Source: Gammaproteobacteria bacterium
GTDB lineage: Bacteria; Pseudomonadota; Gammaproteobacteria; UBA6429; Thiohalophilaceae
Length of the DNA stretch: 57,153 nt
Assembly: GCA_048061315.1 (NCBI GenBank)
Contig: JBGMRJ010000005.1
Location: forward strand, 1-57,153
Reading direction: 5' to 3'
Part shown: positions 8,303-18,736 of the stretch, piece by piece
Layout of the letters: every line of letters starts with the position of its first letter
Numbering within the stretch: position 1 is the stretch's first letter
Notes under the pieces: generated by a model
What the model saw: the letters and a program-made list of their open reading frames with translations, nothing else
Told to the model about the DNA's origin: nothing
Database searches by the model: none
Position numbers and translations under genes: made by a program

Positions 8303-8734
8303 ATGGTATCGCTTGATACGGATTTTACCCAAAATGATAAATGCGCATTTAGTAATACTTTAATTACAGGTCACTATTCTTGTTCGAATGCAACAAGTGT
8401 TGTTCGCCGTGGTGGCAACGAAATTTCTTGTGGTGTAATAGATGCTTCACGTAAATGCGAAAATATTTACAATAAGTTAAAGGAAATAGCAGCTCCAGTA
8501 TTTGATGTTGATGATGACTTATTAACTATGCCTCATGGTATTATGGTCAAAATTCAGCATGGAGGGTTGTTGGGTTTAAATACCATTGTTAATGGTGACA
8601 GCGACAATACAATTTCAGATATCTCTAAGTTAATATTAGCAACTGAAAATAAATTTAATGATTTTAATGATTTTCCCTACGAATCAACCATCAATTTCAT
8701 GACGAGTTACAAAGTAAGATCACGCCGTAAATAA
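8303..8734 (+). CDS. Four-cysteine protein of unknown function (paralogue of 5235..5684)
   Basis: It starts 30 nt downstream of the dsrC-like gene on the same strand. It shares the Cys spacing and C-terminal motifs of the ORF at 5235..5684. Confidence 0.55.
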   Translation: MVSLDTDFTQNDKCAFSNTLITGHYSCSNATSVVRRGGNEISCGVIDASRKCENIYNKLKEIAAPVFDVDDDLLTMPHGIMVKIQHGGLLGLNTIVNGDSDNTISDISKLILATENKFNDFNDFPYESTINFMTSYKVRSRRK

Positions 8735-8739
8735 ATATC

Positions 8740-9765
8740 CTATAATGGTACGTAATCAAATTTAATTTTATTCGTCTGACATTCTAAACTGATAATCGGT
8801 ATCATTTTGTCTATGGTTTTTTTACCAGCAGATAAGTAGTAATAATATTCTTTAGGTGTTGCTAAATCAGATTTAATGGCACTAAGAAATTTTTTGATTA
8901 TTATATCCTGGTTGGTATTATCCAAATCATAATATTGCTGATCATTATCGTTCAGTTTTATGTGAATTGGATTATAACTAAAATTATCCAGAGCATCTTC
9001 CCATGAGCGACACAAATTATGATGATAATGCGTTTTATTGTGAGTCGATATAAGGTATAGCGATATTAGTTTTTGATAGTCCAGTGATATTGCATGCTCT
9101 ATTAAACTTTTAATTGGAGCAAAACCATTATCCACAGCAAGAAATACGATAGGCACCTCAGGATTTTCGAGTAATTGAAATTGACCATAGGGACCATTTA
9201 ATTGAATTGTTGAACCCGTTTTAATATTATGAATTAACTCATTACTGAAATCTGAATTATTCTTACTGTTAATATGAAATTCCAGATTTCTATCATCACA
9301 GGGGCAACTTGCTATAGGGTAACATGCATTTGTTTCGTTGATGGTTAACATGATATTTTGTCCTGCTAAAAAACGTAATGTATTTGTTCTTGGGGTTTGC
9401 AGGTGAATTATTGATGTATAGTTGGAAACAGAATTTATTTTTTTTAATTTTGCTTTGATCTCCTGGTATGATATGTCGATGTCATTAATTGCAACGTCGG
9501 CTTCAAGAACTAAATCTGAGGTCGCTGTGCAGGTGCACATCAGGATAAAATTTTGATGTTTTTCTGCAGCAGTGAAATTGTAATCCTGATGCTTGATTGA
9601 TTTAACTGACCCTATTTTTAATTTAGCCCTACATTTACCACATTTACCATTAGTGCAACCGTAATTCAGATTATGTCCTTTTTCAAGGGCTGTATCCAGG
9701 ATACTGGTGTTACCATCCAGAGTGAATGTATGACTGCTGGGGAGTAGTGTTATGCTATGACTCAT
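8740..9765 (-). CDS. 2Fe-2S ferredoxin domain fused to an FNR-like FAD/NAD(P)-binding oxidoreductase
   Basis: The N-terminal plant-type cluster motif is C-x4-C-x2-C ... C (GCTNGKCGKCRAKL ... LMCTC). It is followed by a roughly 230-aa flavodoxin-reductase-like region (RFLAGQNIML, CYPIAS, VFLAVDNGFAPIKS). Confidence 0.7.
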   Translation of the reverse strand: MSHSITLLPSSHTFTLDGNTSILDTALEKGHNLNYGCTNGKCGKCRAKLKIGSVKSIKHQDYNFTAAEKHQNFILMCTCTATSDLVLEADVAINDIDISYQEIKAKLKKINSVSNYTSIIHLQTPRTNTLRFLAGQNIMLTINETNACYPIASCPCDDRNLEFHINSKNNSDFSNELIHNIKTGSTIQLNGPYGQFQLLENPEVPIVFLAVDNGFAPIKSLIEHAISLDYQKLISLYLISTHNKTHYHHNLCRSWEDALDNFSYNPIHIKLNDNDQQYYDLDNTNQDIIIKKFLSAIKSDLATPKEYYYYLSAGKKTIDKMIPIISLECQTNKIKFDYVPL

Positions 9766-9789
9766 GACATACAGTATAGTGAATCACGT

Positions 9790-10689
9790 TTATTTTTTGA
9801 AATTCGAAAAGCAATGAACTTCGTTTCCTGAACCAATAAATTTAATTTCATCAAAGCTTATCATTGCAGAAATTGCAATACCGCGGCCATGAGGATCAAA
9901 TGCTCTGGATGGGTCTACTTTTAAGTATTTTTTAAAATCAAAACCATCACCTTGATCTTTAATAATTAATTTTATCCCGGAACCACAATGTAAAAATTTT
10001 ACTGAAGTGTATTTTTTTTGGTATTGTTTTTGTAGTAGTCGATTGTTAACTTCATCGTTCCAGCTACCCTCTGTAACAAGTTTTGTTTTTTCAGCATATG
10101 AAATCCCCAGATTTCCATGTTCTACCGAATTAATAAGCAGTTCGGTAATTCCCATTATAACTTTTACTGGTGTCGGATATAGATTGGCAATCATTCTGGA
10201 AAGTATATCGGCCTCTTGCAATGTTTTAAAATGACATTCAATTTCATTTACCATGTCACAGATTAAATCATAAGCTAGACTTGAACTCGATATTTCTTTA
10301 TGACGAGAATAATCTGAGATTGCTGCCTTGACAATAGACAACATTATTTCGGCTTGAAACGGTTTTGTTAAATAATAATAAGCGCCAGCATTGATACCTT
10401 CAATAACTTCACTATCTGATGTCGCTGCTGTTTGCATGATGATTGGAATATTATTTATCGAGCTATCTTTTTTTATAATTTCCAGAAACTCCATGCCATT
10501 CATAATTGGCATCTTGCGATCCAGTAAGATTACATCAATAGTCTTTTTGTTGTTATTTAAAATATTCAGGCCGAGCTGACCATTTTCAGCCGTTAAAATG
10601 GTATAGCCTTCATCAGTTAAATGAACCTTTAAAATATCGATATTAAAAGGTTCATCATCAATAATTAAAATAGTTTTATTGGTACTCAC
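9790..10689 (-). CDS. Response regulator receiver fused to an RsbW-like HATPase_c (anti-sigma/serine kinase-type) domain
   Basis: Canonical receiver (LIIDDEP, VILLDRKMPIMNG, KPF). The C-terminal half has LLINSVEHGN, DQGDGFD and HGRGIAI motifs of GHKL ATPases. Confidence 0.7.
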   Translation of the reverse strand: MSTNKTILIIDDEPFNIDILKVHLTDEGYTILTAENGQLGLNILNNNKKTIDVILLDRKMPIMNGMEFLEIIKKDSSINNIPIIMQTAATSDSEVIEGINAGAYYYLTKPFQAEIMLSIVKAAISDYSRHKEISSSSLAYDLICDMVNEIECHFKTLQEADILSRMIANLYPTPVKVIMGITELLINSVEHGNLGISYAEKTKLVTEGSWNDEVNNRLLQKQYQKKYTSVKFLHCGSGIKLIIKDQGDGFDFKKYLKVDPSRAFDPHGRGIAISAMISFDEIKFIGSGNEVHCFSNFKK

Positions 10690-10902
10690 TTTTTAAACCT
10701 GACAATATTTAGTTCTATTATGGGTAATTATCTTAATTATTAATAGTTTGAGTAATCATTTAATTTTATATCGACAAATATAAAATTAACTTTATTATCC
10801 GTTGACGGATTATTTAAAACCTTAATTTCATATCGAATATCAAGAGTGTTTAAGGTCGGTAGAAAAATAATGGTGTTATAATTATTCGCGTTAGTGCGTT
10901 AG

Positions 10903-12129
10903 TTATTGATAATTAGAATCGATGTAGTCCAGAACTATTTGCTGAAAATCAGCTGCGATTGTATCACCTTTCAAGGTTACTGTTTTCTGTCCATCGACAT
11001 AAACCGGGGCGACAGGTTTTTCACCAGTACCGGGTAAACTAATACCAATATTCGCTAATTTACTTTCGCCAGGGCCATTTACAACACAACCCATTACTGC
11101 CACTGACATATTTTCAACACCCTGGTACTGTTTTTTCCAAACGGGCATTTGTTCTCTGATGTAACTCTGAATATCTTTGGCGAGTTGTTGGAAATAGCTA
11201 CTAGTGGTACGGCCACATCCAGGACAGGCAATGACCGTTGGCAAGAATGCACGCAATCCCAGTGATTGCAAAATTTCCTGCGCCACCGTCACTTCGGTAG
11301 TGCGGTCACCACCGGGCTCAGGCGTTAATGATATGCGGATAGTATCGCCAATTCCTTCCTGCAATAAAACGGATAATGCGGCTGTTGAGGCGACAATACC
11401 TTTGGAGCCCATTCCAGCTTCAGTTAGCCCGAGATGGAGCGGATAGTCTGTTTGACCTGCTAGCTTTCGATAAACACGTATTAAATCCTGTACGCCGCTC
11501 ATCTTGCAGGACAGGATAATTTGGTCATGGGCAAGTCCTACCGAATTCGCAAATTTTGCACTATCAAGCGCAGATTGAATCATGGCGTTATCAATAATTT
11601 CATAGTTTTCCAATGGATTATTTTTTTGGTTATTCTCATCCATTAATTTTGCCAATAAAGATTGGTCCAGGCTGCCCCAATTAACACCAATTCTGACGGG
11701 TTTATTGTATCGGCAGGCTATTTCAATCATTTTAGCGAATTGACTGTCGCGTTTTTTACCGCGGCCTACATTACCGGGATTAATACGGTACTTTGACAGG
11801 GCTTGAGCGCAATCAGGAAATTGCTCTAATAGTTTATGGCCATTAAAGTGAAAATCGCCTACTAGTGGGACATTAAGCCCCATATCATCCAGATTTTGTC
11901 GGCATTGGGCTACTGAAGCCGCCGCTTCCGCGCTATTGACTGTAATTCTAACTAATTCTGAGCCGGCCTTTGCCAATGCGGCGACTTGCTGTGTGGTTGC
12001 TTCTACATCGGCCGTATCGGTATTGGTCATAGATTGTACGACCACGGGCGAGCCACCACCGACGGTAATGTGATCAATTTTAACCGCTCGCGTTATTGCC
12101 TTTAGCGGTATTTTTTTGAAATTTGGCAA
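10903..12129 (-). CDS. ispG: 4-hydroxy-3-methylbut-2-en-1-yl diphosphate synthase (flavodoxin)
   Basis: Full-length similarity to IspG/GcpE ([31 protein letters not shown]). The start codon is apparently TTG. Confidence 0.95.
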   Translation of the reverse strand: MPNFKKIPLKAITRAVKIDHITVGGGSPVVVQSMTNTDTADVEATTQQVAALAKAGSELVRITVNSAEAAASVAQCRQNLDDMGLNVPLVGDFHFNGHKLLEQFPDCAQALSKYRINPGNVGRGKKRDSQFAKMIEIACRYNKPVRIGVNWGSLDQSLLAKLMDENNQKNNPLENYEIIDNAMIQSALDSAKFANSVGLAHDQIILSCKMSGVQDLIRVYRKLAGQTDYPLHLGLTEAGMGSKGIVASTAALSVLLQEGIGDTIRISLTPEPGGDRTTEVTVAQEILQSLGLRAFLPTVIACPGCGRTTSSYFQQLAKDIQSYIREQMPVWKKQYQGVENMSVAVMGCVVNGPGESKLANIGISLPGTGEKPVAPVYVDGQKTVTLKGDTIAADFQQIVLDYIDSNYQ

Positions 12130-12309
12130 GTGTTATTCCTTGATATCTATTGGAAATTTAGGGGTGATCATACCATTTTATGAGCGATCGGGAGCCTATA
12201 AGATTGGATAATTAAATACTATTATAAAATTCGGGGTAAATTAACGGCAGTGCTCAGCTATGCTTCTGGTATAATTACTTCAAAATGGTTTAATAATTAA
12301 GGACTGGGA

Positions 12310-13152
12310 ATGAGCGCACAAAATCACAATGAACCTCTGACTTTAGCAGAACAAGCTGATCGCCATATACTTTATCAGGATGCCGTTCAGTGCACCGAAA
12401 CTGAAATCGATTTTTTTGATGCAACCTATGTGAAATTAAAAGGTAAAACGCCTTTAGTCATGAAAGAAGATTTTTGTGGTACTGCACTTTTATCGACTGA
12501 TTGGGTTAAGAGTAATCCTAAACGAGAGGCCATCGGTGTTGATATTTGTGGTGAAACACTGGAGTGGGCTAGAGTTCATAATATTAAACCTGCTGGTGAA
12601 GCAATTGAAAAACGCATAAGCTTGTTTCAGGAAGATGTTCGCGTTATATCGGAACCAAAAGCGGATATTACCTGTGCCCTTAATTTTAGCTTTTGTATTT
12701 TTAAAACCAGAAATGATCTCCGCAGTTATTTTGAAAGTGTATTAAAAGGATTAAAAGACGATGGTATCCTGGTATTGGACATGTTTGGTGGCACCGAGTG
12801 TCAGGATGAACTTGAAGAAGAAACTGAAATGGATGATTTCCCTGCTACCTACGTTTGGGAGCATGCGAACTTTAATCCGATTACTAACGATATCACCTGT
12901 CATATCCATTTCGATTTTGATGATGATTCCCGTATCGACAAAGCGTTCACTTATAACTGGCGATTGTGGTCATTACCGGAATTAAATGAATTATTAACCG
13001 AAGCCGGTTTTAGCAAAGTTCGTGTTTATTGGGAAAAATTTGAAGAAAGTGATGATGACGATGATGAGATGGAAGGTACGGGTGAATATTTTGAAGCCAT
13101 TGAAGTAGAAAACCAGGAATCATGGATGGTTTATATTGTTGCTGAAAAATAA
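12310..13152 (+). CDS. Class I SAM-dependent methyltransferase with acidic C-terminal tail
   Basis: Motif I-like DFCGTA, motif post-I GVDI and a GILVLDMF segment. The tail is rich in D/E. Confidence 0.6.
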   Translation: MSAQNHNEPLTLAEQADRHILYQDAVQCTETEIDFFDATYVKLKGKTPLVMKEDFCGTALLSTDWVKSNPKREAIGVDICGETLEWARVHNIKPAGEAIEKRISLFQEDVRVISEPKADITCALNFSFCIFKTRNDLRSYFESVLKGLKDDGILVLDMFGGTECQDELEEETEMDDFPATYVWEHANFNPITNDITCHIHFDFDDDSRIDKAFTYNWRLWSLPELNELLTEAGFSKVRVYWEKFEESDDDDDEMEGTGEYFEAIEVENQESWMVYIVAEK

Positions 13153-13164
13153 GTGCTAATGTGT

Positions 13165-13196
13165 AAAAAAAAGCCCTCATTAATGAGGGCTTTTTA
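13165..13196. terminator. Bidirectional rho-independent terminator between convergent genes
   Basis: The palindrome AGCCCTCATTAATGAGGGCT (13172-13191) is flanked by an A-run upstream and a T-run downstream. It sits between the methyltransferase (+) and the MCP (-). Confidence 0.8.
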
Positions 13197-13225
13197 TGGT
13201 CTCGAATAACGTTACTGAATATTAT

Positions 13226-15550
13226 TCAGGTTTTGAATTTTGAAACTAACACTTGCAGATCTTGTGCAAGTTCCGTTAGCTGTGAACTGGAATCTGATGT
13301 TTGATTACTGGCCTCAGTGGTTTGTTGCGCGAGTTGCGATATCGCTACAATATTTTTATTTATTTCTTCGGTTACCGCACTTTGTTCTTCAGCAGCACTA
13401 GCGATCATGGTATTCATTTCCATAATGCTATTGATTGAACTGGTAATGGTTTGAAGTGAGTCTCCAGCCATAGATGCTTGTAACACACTGGCTTCGGTCA
13501 TCTCCTGACTTTGTTCCATAACTTTAACCGCTTCTTTAGTACCTTGTTGTAATGCGGTTATCATGGTTTCAATTTCTACGGTTGATTGTTGCGTACGACC
13601 GGCCAAGGTACGAACTTCATCTGCTACCACTGCAAACCCCCGGCCTTGCTCACCGGCCCGAGCTGCTTCGATTGCTGCATTGAGTGCTAATAAATTAGTT
13701 TGTTCTGCAATGCCTTTGATAACATCGAGTACCGAACCAATATTTTCACTTTCTTTACTTAAACGTTGAATAACATCGGTGGCAACTTGAATTTTACTTG
13801 AAAGCCGGTTTATGGCTTTAATGTTTTCCTGAACAACATTGTTTCCGGTAACAGCATGTTCATTTGCTTCTTCGGCAGATTTTGCAGCTTGTTCTGCATT
13901 CCGTGCAACTTCCTGAACGGTTGCTGACATTTCGTTTATGGCCGTTGCAACCTGATCAACTTCATCAAATTGTTGAGTAACCCCGTCTCGTGTTTCGGCT
14001 GTGTTCGCAGTCATTAAGTCGGCTGCTGTTGCAACTAAGCCGGTAGCCGCTGCAACTTGAGTGATACTCTCATGAAATACCGCAAGTAAATGATTAAATG
14101 AGGAAGACATTTGTCCAATTTCATCTTTGCTTGTGACTTCAACACGTTTGGTTAAATCATTGTTTTCGTCAATTTCATGAACGATTGATTTCAGTTTTAT
14201 AATGGGTTTTGTGAGTGTTACTGAAAATATTCCACCTGCAAGTGAGGCTAACGCTACCATGATCACGGTTACAACAATCGCAGAACTTATAAGCTTAGTT
14301 GCTAATGCTTGTGTTGCTTCAAAAGCTTCATCTGTTAAAATTTCACTGACAATTGCCCAGTGCATATTTAAAGTCGTAAAAGGGGTGTAAGCTGTTAACA
14401 CTTCTCGTCCCAGATAATTCTGAGAAACCTTGATTCCTGAATTGCCTGCTATAGCATCATCAATGTAATTTCCCGTTAATGGCAATAAACCTAAGGTGGT
14501 GTTTTTCTTTGAAATTTGTTCAGCATTAATATTACTGTTATTTAAAGCCTGAAAATAAGAGTCTTTATGCTCAACCAACTCTCGGCTAATACTGCGCATG
14601 ATTTTGTCTGAACCAACGATATAACTCTCTCCGGTCATACCCAGCCCGATATTTTTCCATTTGTTTTGACTGGTCATTATATTATTTATTTGATTACTCG
14701 GTAGTTTGAATATTAAGGTACCGAGTATCTCAAAGGCATCTTCTTCTAATAAATCTTGTATTGGCGACAGAATGAATGCTGAGCTGTTATTATAAGTTGG
14801 CAGGTAAGCATGCAGATCAGTAAGAGTAACAAACTCACTGTCATCTTTTTCAATCGCTGTTTTAAATGCAATTCCCAATAGTTGGTCTTTTAAAGGCCCG
14901 GTAGTTAATGATGTTGCAAAATCAATATTTTTCATTGCGCTGTAAACAATAGTACCTTTTGCATCTGCAATCAGAATATCATCTAAATTCAGTTTTGTTA
15001 ACATTTGTAAAATAGTTGTATGGTAGCTACTATGAACCTCGGCGTATTGTGATTCATCATCAGGGTCGATGGTATCGTGTTTATTACCAATTGTACTTTC
15101 ACTTAATGATAAAAATTGAAATTGTAATGCTATTGCTAAATCACTTAATTGACCAATATACCGATCCATTGATTTTGTTTGGGTATTTAGTTTTGCAAAT
15201 TCATTAGTGAAATCTTTTTTGTAGAATTCAGTTAAAGTTGTACGCTTATCTGCAATATCGCCTGCGGGATATTTTTTAAATGCGGCTGTAAATTCCTGAG
15301 CGATACTGACAAAATATGGATCTGTGGAAAAATTTTTAATTTGTTGTTCTCTAAAATGAAGGTATTCTTCCAACTCTGCTTTTTTAATTTCCCTCATTGC
15401 GAGCAATCGGGCTTTAACCTGATCTTCAATGGCTTGTTGCGATGAACTACTCGCAGTGGTTAGTAATATAACACTCGTAGTAATAATGGAAATCGTAGCA
15501 ACGATGCTAAATGCGGCCAGAATTTTTATTTTAAGATTTAATTTAAACAT
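13226..15550 (-). CDS. Methyl-accepting chemotaxis protein with a large periplasmic (Cache-like) sensor
   Basis: N-terminal TM, a roughly 380-aa periplasmic region, a second TM, HAMP, and the highly conserved signalling hairpin [35 protein letters not shown]. Confidence 0.9.
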   Translation of the reverse strand: MFKLNLKIKILAAFSIVATISIITTSVILLTTASSSSQQAIEDQVKARLLAMREIKKAELEEYLHFREQQIKNFSTDPYFVSIAQEFTAAFKKYPAGDIADKRTTLTEFYKKDFTNEFAKLNTQTKSMDRYIGQLSDLAIALQFQFLSLSESTIGNKHDTIDPDDESQYAEVHSSYHTTILQMLTKLNLDDILIADAKGTIVYSAMKNIDFATSLTTGPLKDQLLGIAFKTAIEKDDSEFVTLTDLHAYLPTYNNSSAFILSPIQDLLEEDAFEILGTLIFKLPSNQINNIMTSQNKWKNIGLGMTGESYIVGSDKIMRSISRELVEHKDSYFQALNNSNINAEQISKKNTTLGLLPLTGNYIDDAIAGNSGIKVSQNYLGREVLTAYTPFTTLNMHWAIVSEILTDEAFEATQALATKLISSAIVVTVIMVALASLAGGIFSVTLTKPIIKLKSIVHEIDENNDLTKRVEVTSKDEIGQMSSSFNHLLAVFHESITQVAAATGLVATAADLMTANTAETRDGVTQQFDEVDQVATAINEMSATVQEVARNAEQAAKSAEEANEHAVTGNNVVQENIKAINRLSSKIQVATDVIQRLSKESENIGSVLDVIKGIAEQTNLLALNAAIEAARAGEQGRGFAVVADEVRTLAGRTQQSTVEIETMITALQQGTKEAVKVMEQSQEMTEASVLQASMAGDSLQTITSSINSIMEMNTMIASAAEEQSAVTEEINKNIVAISQLAQQTTEASNQTSDSSSQLTELAQDLQVLVSKFKT

Positions 15551-15730
15551 CTACCAATGGTTCCTTAATCTATTTGTTTTTGGTAATTTCAACAATACAA
15601 GTTACTTTGTGTGGTTATCGGTAGTTGTAAAAAAATCTTTAGTTTAAAACGCAAATTACATCCGTATCTATCTGATTAATAGTAATTTATCGATTTAATC
15701 GCTACTATGCTTAACTTCTTAATATTGCTA

Positions 15731-16438
15731 TTAATTTTTTAATATTGGATGGTAGGGAGAGGTTCGAGTTCGATCGTGGGAAACCATTCGGTATTCAACA
15801 AATGAATTCTTACTGTCAAAGTGCAAAAACGGGTTTCCCTGTTTTTGTTGCGACATACTACAGGTGTGTGTTTCACCATAATTATGCCCGGGGCAAATTA
15901 CAGTGTCATCGGGTAGATCGCGTGCCATATTTTTTAACGTTGTGTACATCACCTCCGGATCGCCACCGCTTAAATCGCATCGACCACAACCATAAACAAA
16001 CAGGGTGTCGCCGGTAATTAACTGTTTATCTATCTGGTAACACGCTGACCCCGGTGTATGTCCAGGGGTATGCAAAATTTTAATTTCAGTATCACCAAGC
16101 TGGATTAAATCTCCGCCATGGTGTAATGACGGTGTTTGTATGTCACTACCCCAAAAAGTAGCTTCTGATTTTAATAAATGCAATTGAGCGTCAAATTGAT
16201 TTAAAACATCGTTTATACCGTTAATGTGATCATGGTGACTGTGCGTTAACAATATGTCAGTGATAACGACGTTTTTTTGTTTTGCCAGTTCGAGCATCTG
16301 CGGTACATCCCAGGCGGGATCAACAATGGCAGCGCGTTTACTCGCCGGGTCGCTAATTAAATAAACAAAATTTTCCATTGGACCCATTTCAATAACATCT
16401 AATTCAAAAGATCCGTTAACGTCAATACTATTATTCAT
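15731..16438 (-). CDS. MBL-fold metallo-hydrolase (hydroxyacylglutathione hydrolase / persulfide dioxygenase-like)
   Basis: Carries the THSHHDH metal motif, HTPGHTPG and a CPGH segment. Confidence 0.8.
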   Translation of the reverse strand: MNNSIDVNGSFELDVIEMGPMENFVYLISDPASKRAAIVDPAWDVPQMLELAKQKNVVITDILLTHSHHDHINGINDVLNQFDAQLHLLKSEATFWGSDIQTPSLHHGGDLIQLGDTEIKILHTPGHTPGSACYQIDKQLITGDTLFVYGCGRCDLSGGDPEVMYTTLKNMARDLPDDTVICPGHNYGETHTCSMSQQKQGNPFLHFDSKNSFVEYRMVSHDRTRTSPYHPILKN

Positions 16439-16532
16439 TGGCTTACCTGATATATCTTTATAACAACATAATATACTCCCATTTTGAAATGAGTGTTACA
16501 ATCTATTTTCTTTTAAAATATTCAGGATAATT

Positions 16533-17192
16533 ATGGTTAACCAGGTCGAATTTTGGCAGCAACGTTGGGTTAATAATCAAACCGGGTTTCACGAAGGGCA
16601 AGTTAATTCGTATTTAGAAAAGTATATTACACGCTTATCGTTACCGGATAACGGCACGGTCTTTCTGCCATTGTGTGGTAAGTCTAATGATATTCTGTGG
16701 TTATCGAATCTCGGTTATAATGTTATTGGCGTTGAGTGTAGTGAGCTGGCAGTTAGTGCATTTTTTAGTGAAAATAATTTAACGGCAAACATTACCGAAC
16801 ACGATAACTTTAAAATTTGGCAAGCGGGTAATATAACTATTTATTGTGGTGATTTTTATGAGTTAAAATCATCATGGTTAACATCGGTGAATGCGATTTT
16901 TGATCGGGCGGCATTAGTCGCGTTGCCACAGGAACAACGAGATACTTACATTAATCATTTAAAATCGATTTGTTCTGATTCAACAATTTTATTAGTATCC
17001 CTTGAATATTTACAAAATGAAATGACCGGGCCGCCCTATGCTGTGAGTGAAATTGAAATTATGGCCTTGTTAAATCCGAGCTCGGCGGTAACGCTTATAG
17101 AATCTAATGATATATTGGTGGATAATGAAAAATTTAAAGAACGTGGGTTAACGTCTTTAATGGAAAAAGTATTTATTATTACACCAAAATAA
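16533..17192 (+). CDS. tpm: Thiopurine S-methyltransferase
   Basis: FWQQRWVNNQTGFHEG, LPLCGKS and FDRAALVALP are typical of the TPMT family. Confidence 0.85.
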   Translation: MVNQVEFWQQRWVNNQTGFHEGQVNSYLEKYITRLSLPDNGTVFLPLCGKSNDILWLSNLGYNVIGVECSELAVSAFFSENNLTANITEHDNFKIWQAGNITIYCGDFYELKSSWLTSVNAIFDRAALVALPQEQRDTYINHLKSICSDSTILLVSLEYLQNEMTGPPYAVSEIEIMALLNPSSAVTLIESNDILVDNEKFKERGLTSLMEKVFIITPK

Positions 17193-17257
17193 AGTCATTA
17201 AATTCATGTTATTAGCGTAATTGGTATTAAAATATTTTATTAATTCAAAGTTTATAA

Positions 17258-17932
17258 GTGCTGGTCGATAATTTAGCTATGATAGTGATTCCTGAAGTAC
17301 ACAAAAAATTAACCCCCTCGATAATTACGATTATTCTACTTTTTATTTTAAGTAGCTGTTTTTTATCGTCAAACGTTAGCGCTGCCATTTATATTTATCA
17401 ATTACCTGATGGCAGTAGGGTCATCACGGATCGCCCTAAATATGATGGTGTGTATAAAAAAATACGTAGTAGTCGCAAGATGGCTGGTATGGGGCAAATT
17501 ATAAGTGGACACTATAAAGTAAAAGATACCAATAAAAACCGCAAACGTTATGCGCCATTAATTAAGCAATTAGCAGCTGCATATGGCGTTGATGAGGCTC
17601 TGGTTAAAGCTGTGGTGCATGCAGAGTCTTATTTTAATCCTAATGCAACCTCGAAAAAAGGGGCATCCGGTTTAATGCAATTGATGCCGACTACGGCAGC
17701 TCTGTATGGTATTTCAGATTTGTATAACCCCTCAAAAAACATTGAAGCCGGTGTACGTCATTTACGGTATTTACTAAAACGTTATCAACACAGCTTGCCT
17801 TTTGCGATTGCTGCTTATAATGCAGGTGAAACTGCAGTAAGCCAGTATAACGGGATACCACCTTATTTAGAAACTCAGCGCTATGTTAAAAAAGTGTTGC
17901 GCTATCATTCATATTATAGTCGCTGGCCTTAA
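17258..17932 (+). CDS. Exported lytic transglycosylase (SLT domain) with an N-terminal DUF4124-like segment
   Basis: AESYFNPNATSKKGASGLMQLMP and AAYNAGE are SLT catalytic motifs. A signal/anchor sequence lies at the N-terminus. Confidence 0.8.
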   Translation: MLVDNLAMIVIPEVHKKLTPSIITIILLFILSSCFLSSNVSAAIYIYQLPDGSRVITDRPKYDGVYKKIRSSRKMAGMGQIISGHYKVKDTNKNRKRYAPLIKQLAAAYGVDEALVKAVVHAESYFNPNATSKKGASGLMQLMPTTAALYGISDLYNPSKNIEAGVRHLRYLLKRYQHSLPFAIAAYNAGETAVSQYNGIPPYLETQRYVKKVLRYHSYYSRWP

Positions 17933-18639
17933 TTGCTGATTTTAATCTTATTCACCAGTTCCGGTGAATCATTCTTTGGACTATTCACTGTTTTACTCAC
18001 GGCATAAGAGTGCATCACACTGTAATCAGATTGCGCTAATAGTGACTCCATTAGTTCTAAATGGGCACTAGATTGTCGGGGGGCAAGCCAATCGAGTTGA
18101 TGTTCCCGGGAAATAATTACCGGCATGCGGGAATGAATTTTGGTCATAAAGGCGCTTGCTTCGGTGGTGATGATGCTGCAGGACTGGATTGAATTTGATT
18201 GATCGGGTGAAATCCATTGATCCCATACTCCGGCAAAGGTGAAAAGACTCTGGTCTTTGCGTGAGATATAATAGGGTTGCTTGGCATTCGCTTCGTTATG
18301 CCATTCGTAGAATCCATCGGTTATGATCAAGCATCGTTGTTGTTTAAATGGAGTGCGAAATGCCGGTTTACTGGTGATGGTATCAGAGCGGGCATTGTTC
18401 ATGCTAAAGCGGTTATCGATTCCTTTTGACCATGAGGGCACTAAACCCCATCGAATTGGATGACATTGGAGCTGATTTTCATTATTGTAATGAAGACTTA
18501 AAATATCCGTTCCGGGTGGGATATTAAATTTGAAGGCAAATTTATCGATGGTATTAGCACCGATTGAGTAATTAAAATGAGACTCGAAATAGTCTATTAT
18601 TTCATCGGTTTGTTTTCCCAGGGTGAAACGACCACACAT
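17929..18639 (-). CDS. yedK: SOS response-associated peptidase (SRAP, abasic-site DNA-protein crosslink protein)
   Basis: The family requires Met-Cys at the N-terminus. MCGRFTL is found at the internal ATG (18639), so I trimmed the 12-aa extension in the ORF track. The stop overlaps the convergent SLT gene stop in a shared TTAA. Confidence 0.85.
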   Translation of the reverse strand: MCGRFTLGKQTDEIIDYFESHFNYSIGANTIDKFAFKFNIPPGTDILSLHYNNENQLQCHPIRWGLVPSWSKGIDNRFSMNNARSDTITSKPAFRTPFKQQRCLIITDGFYEWHNEANAKQPYYISRKDQSLFTFAGVWDQWISPDQSNSIQSCSIITTEASAFMTKIHSRMPVIISREHQLDWLAPRQSSAHLELMESLLAQSDYSVMHSYAVSKTVNSPKNDSPELVNKIKISN

Positions 18640-18736
18640 TGTTAAGTACTCGGTATTTTGGGTTTTAGAATTCAATTATGATAATGATTGACGCTCCAGT
18701 ATTTTACAACGATACAGTATTTTCAGGTTATTTGTT

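Noticed and set aside
15761-15775. tRNA T-arm-like string GGTTCGAGTTCGATC
   Set aside because: It lies inside the MBL-fold hydrolase CDS. No acceptor stem or anticodon arm can be built around it.
17929-17932. Convergent genes sharing a palindromic TTAA that holds both stop codons (SLT gene and yedK), and the 2-nt gap between the pepN and GGDEF stops (22618/22621)
   Set aside because: The observation is real, but it is probably just compact genome organisation. There is no structure or extra signal to follow up.
18640-18736. LexA/SOS box between yedK and dinB
   Set aside because: No CTGT-N8-ACAG match exists. Only one ACAGTA half-site was found, and the sequence 16 nt upstream of it does not form the other half.
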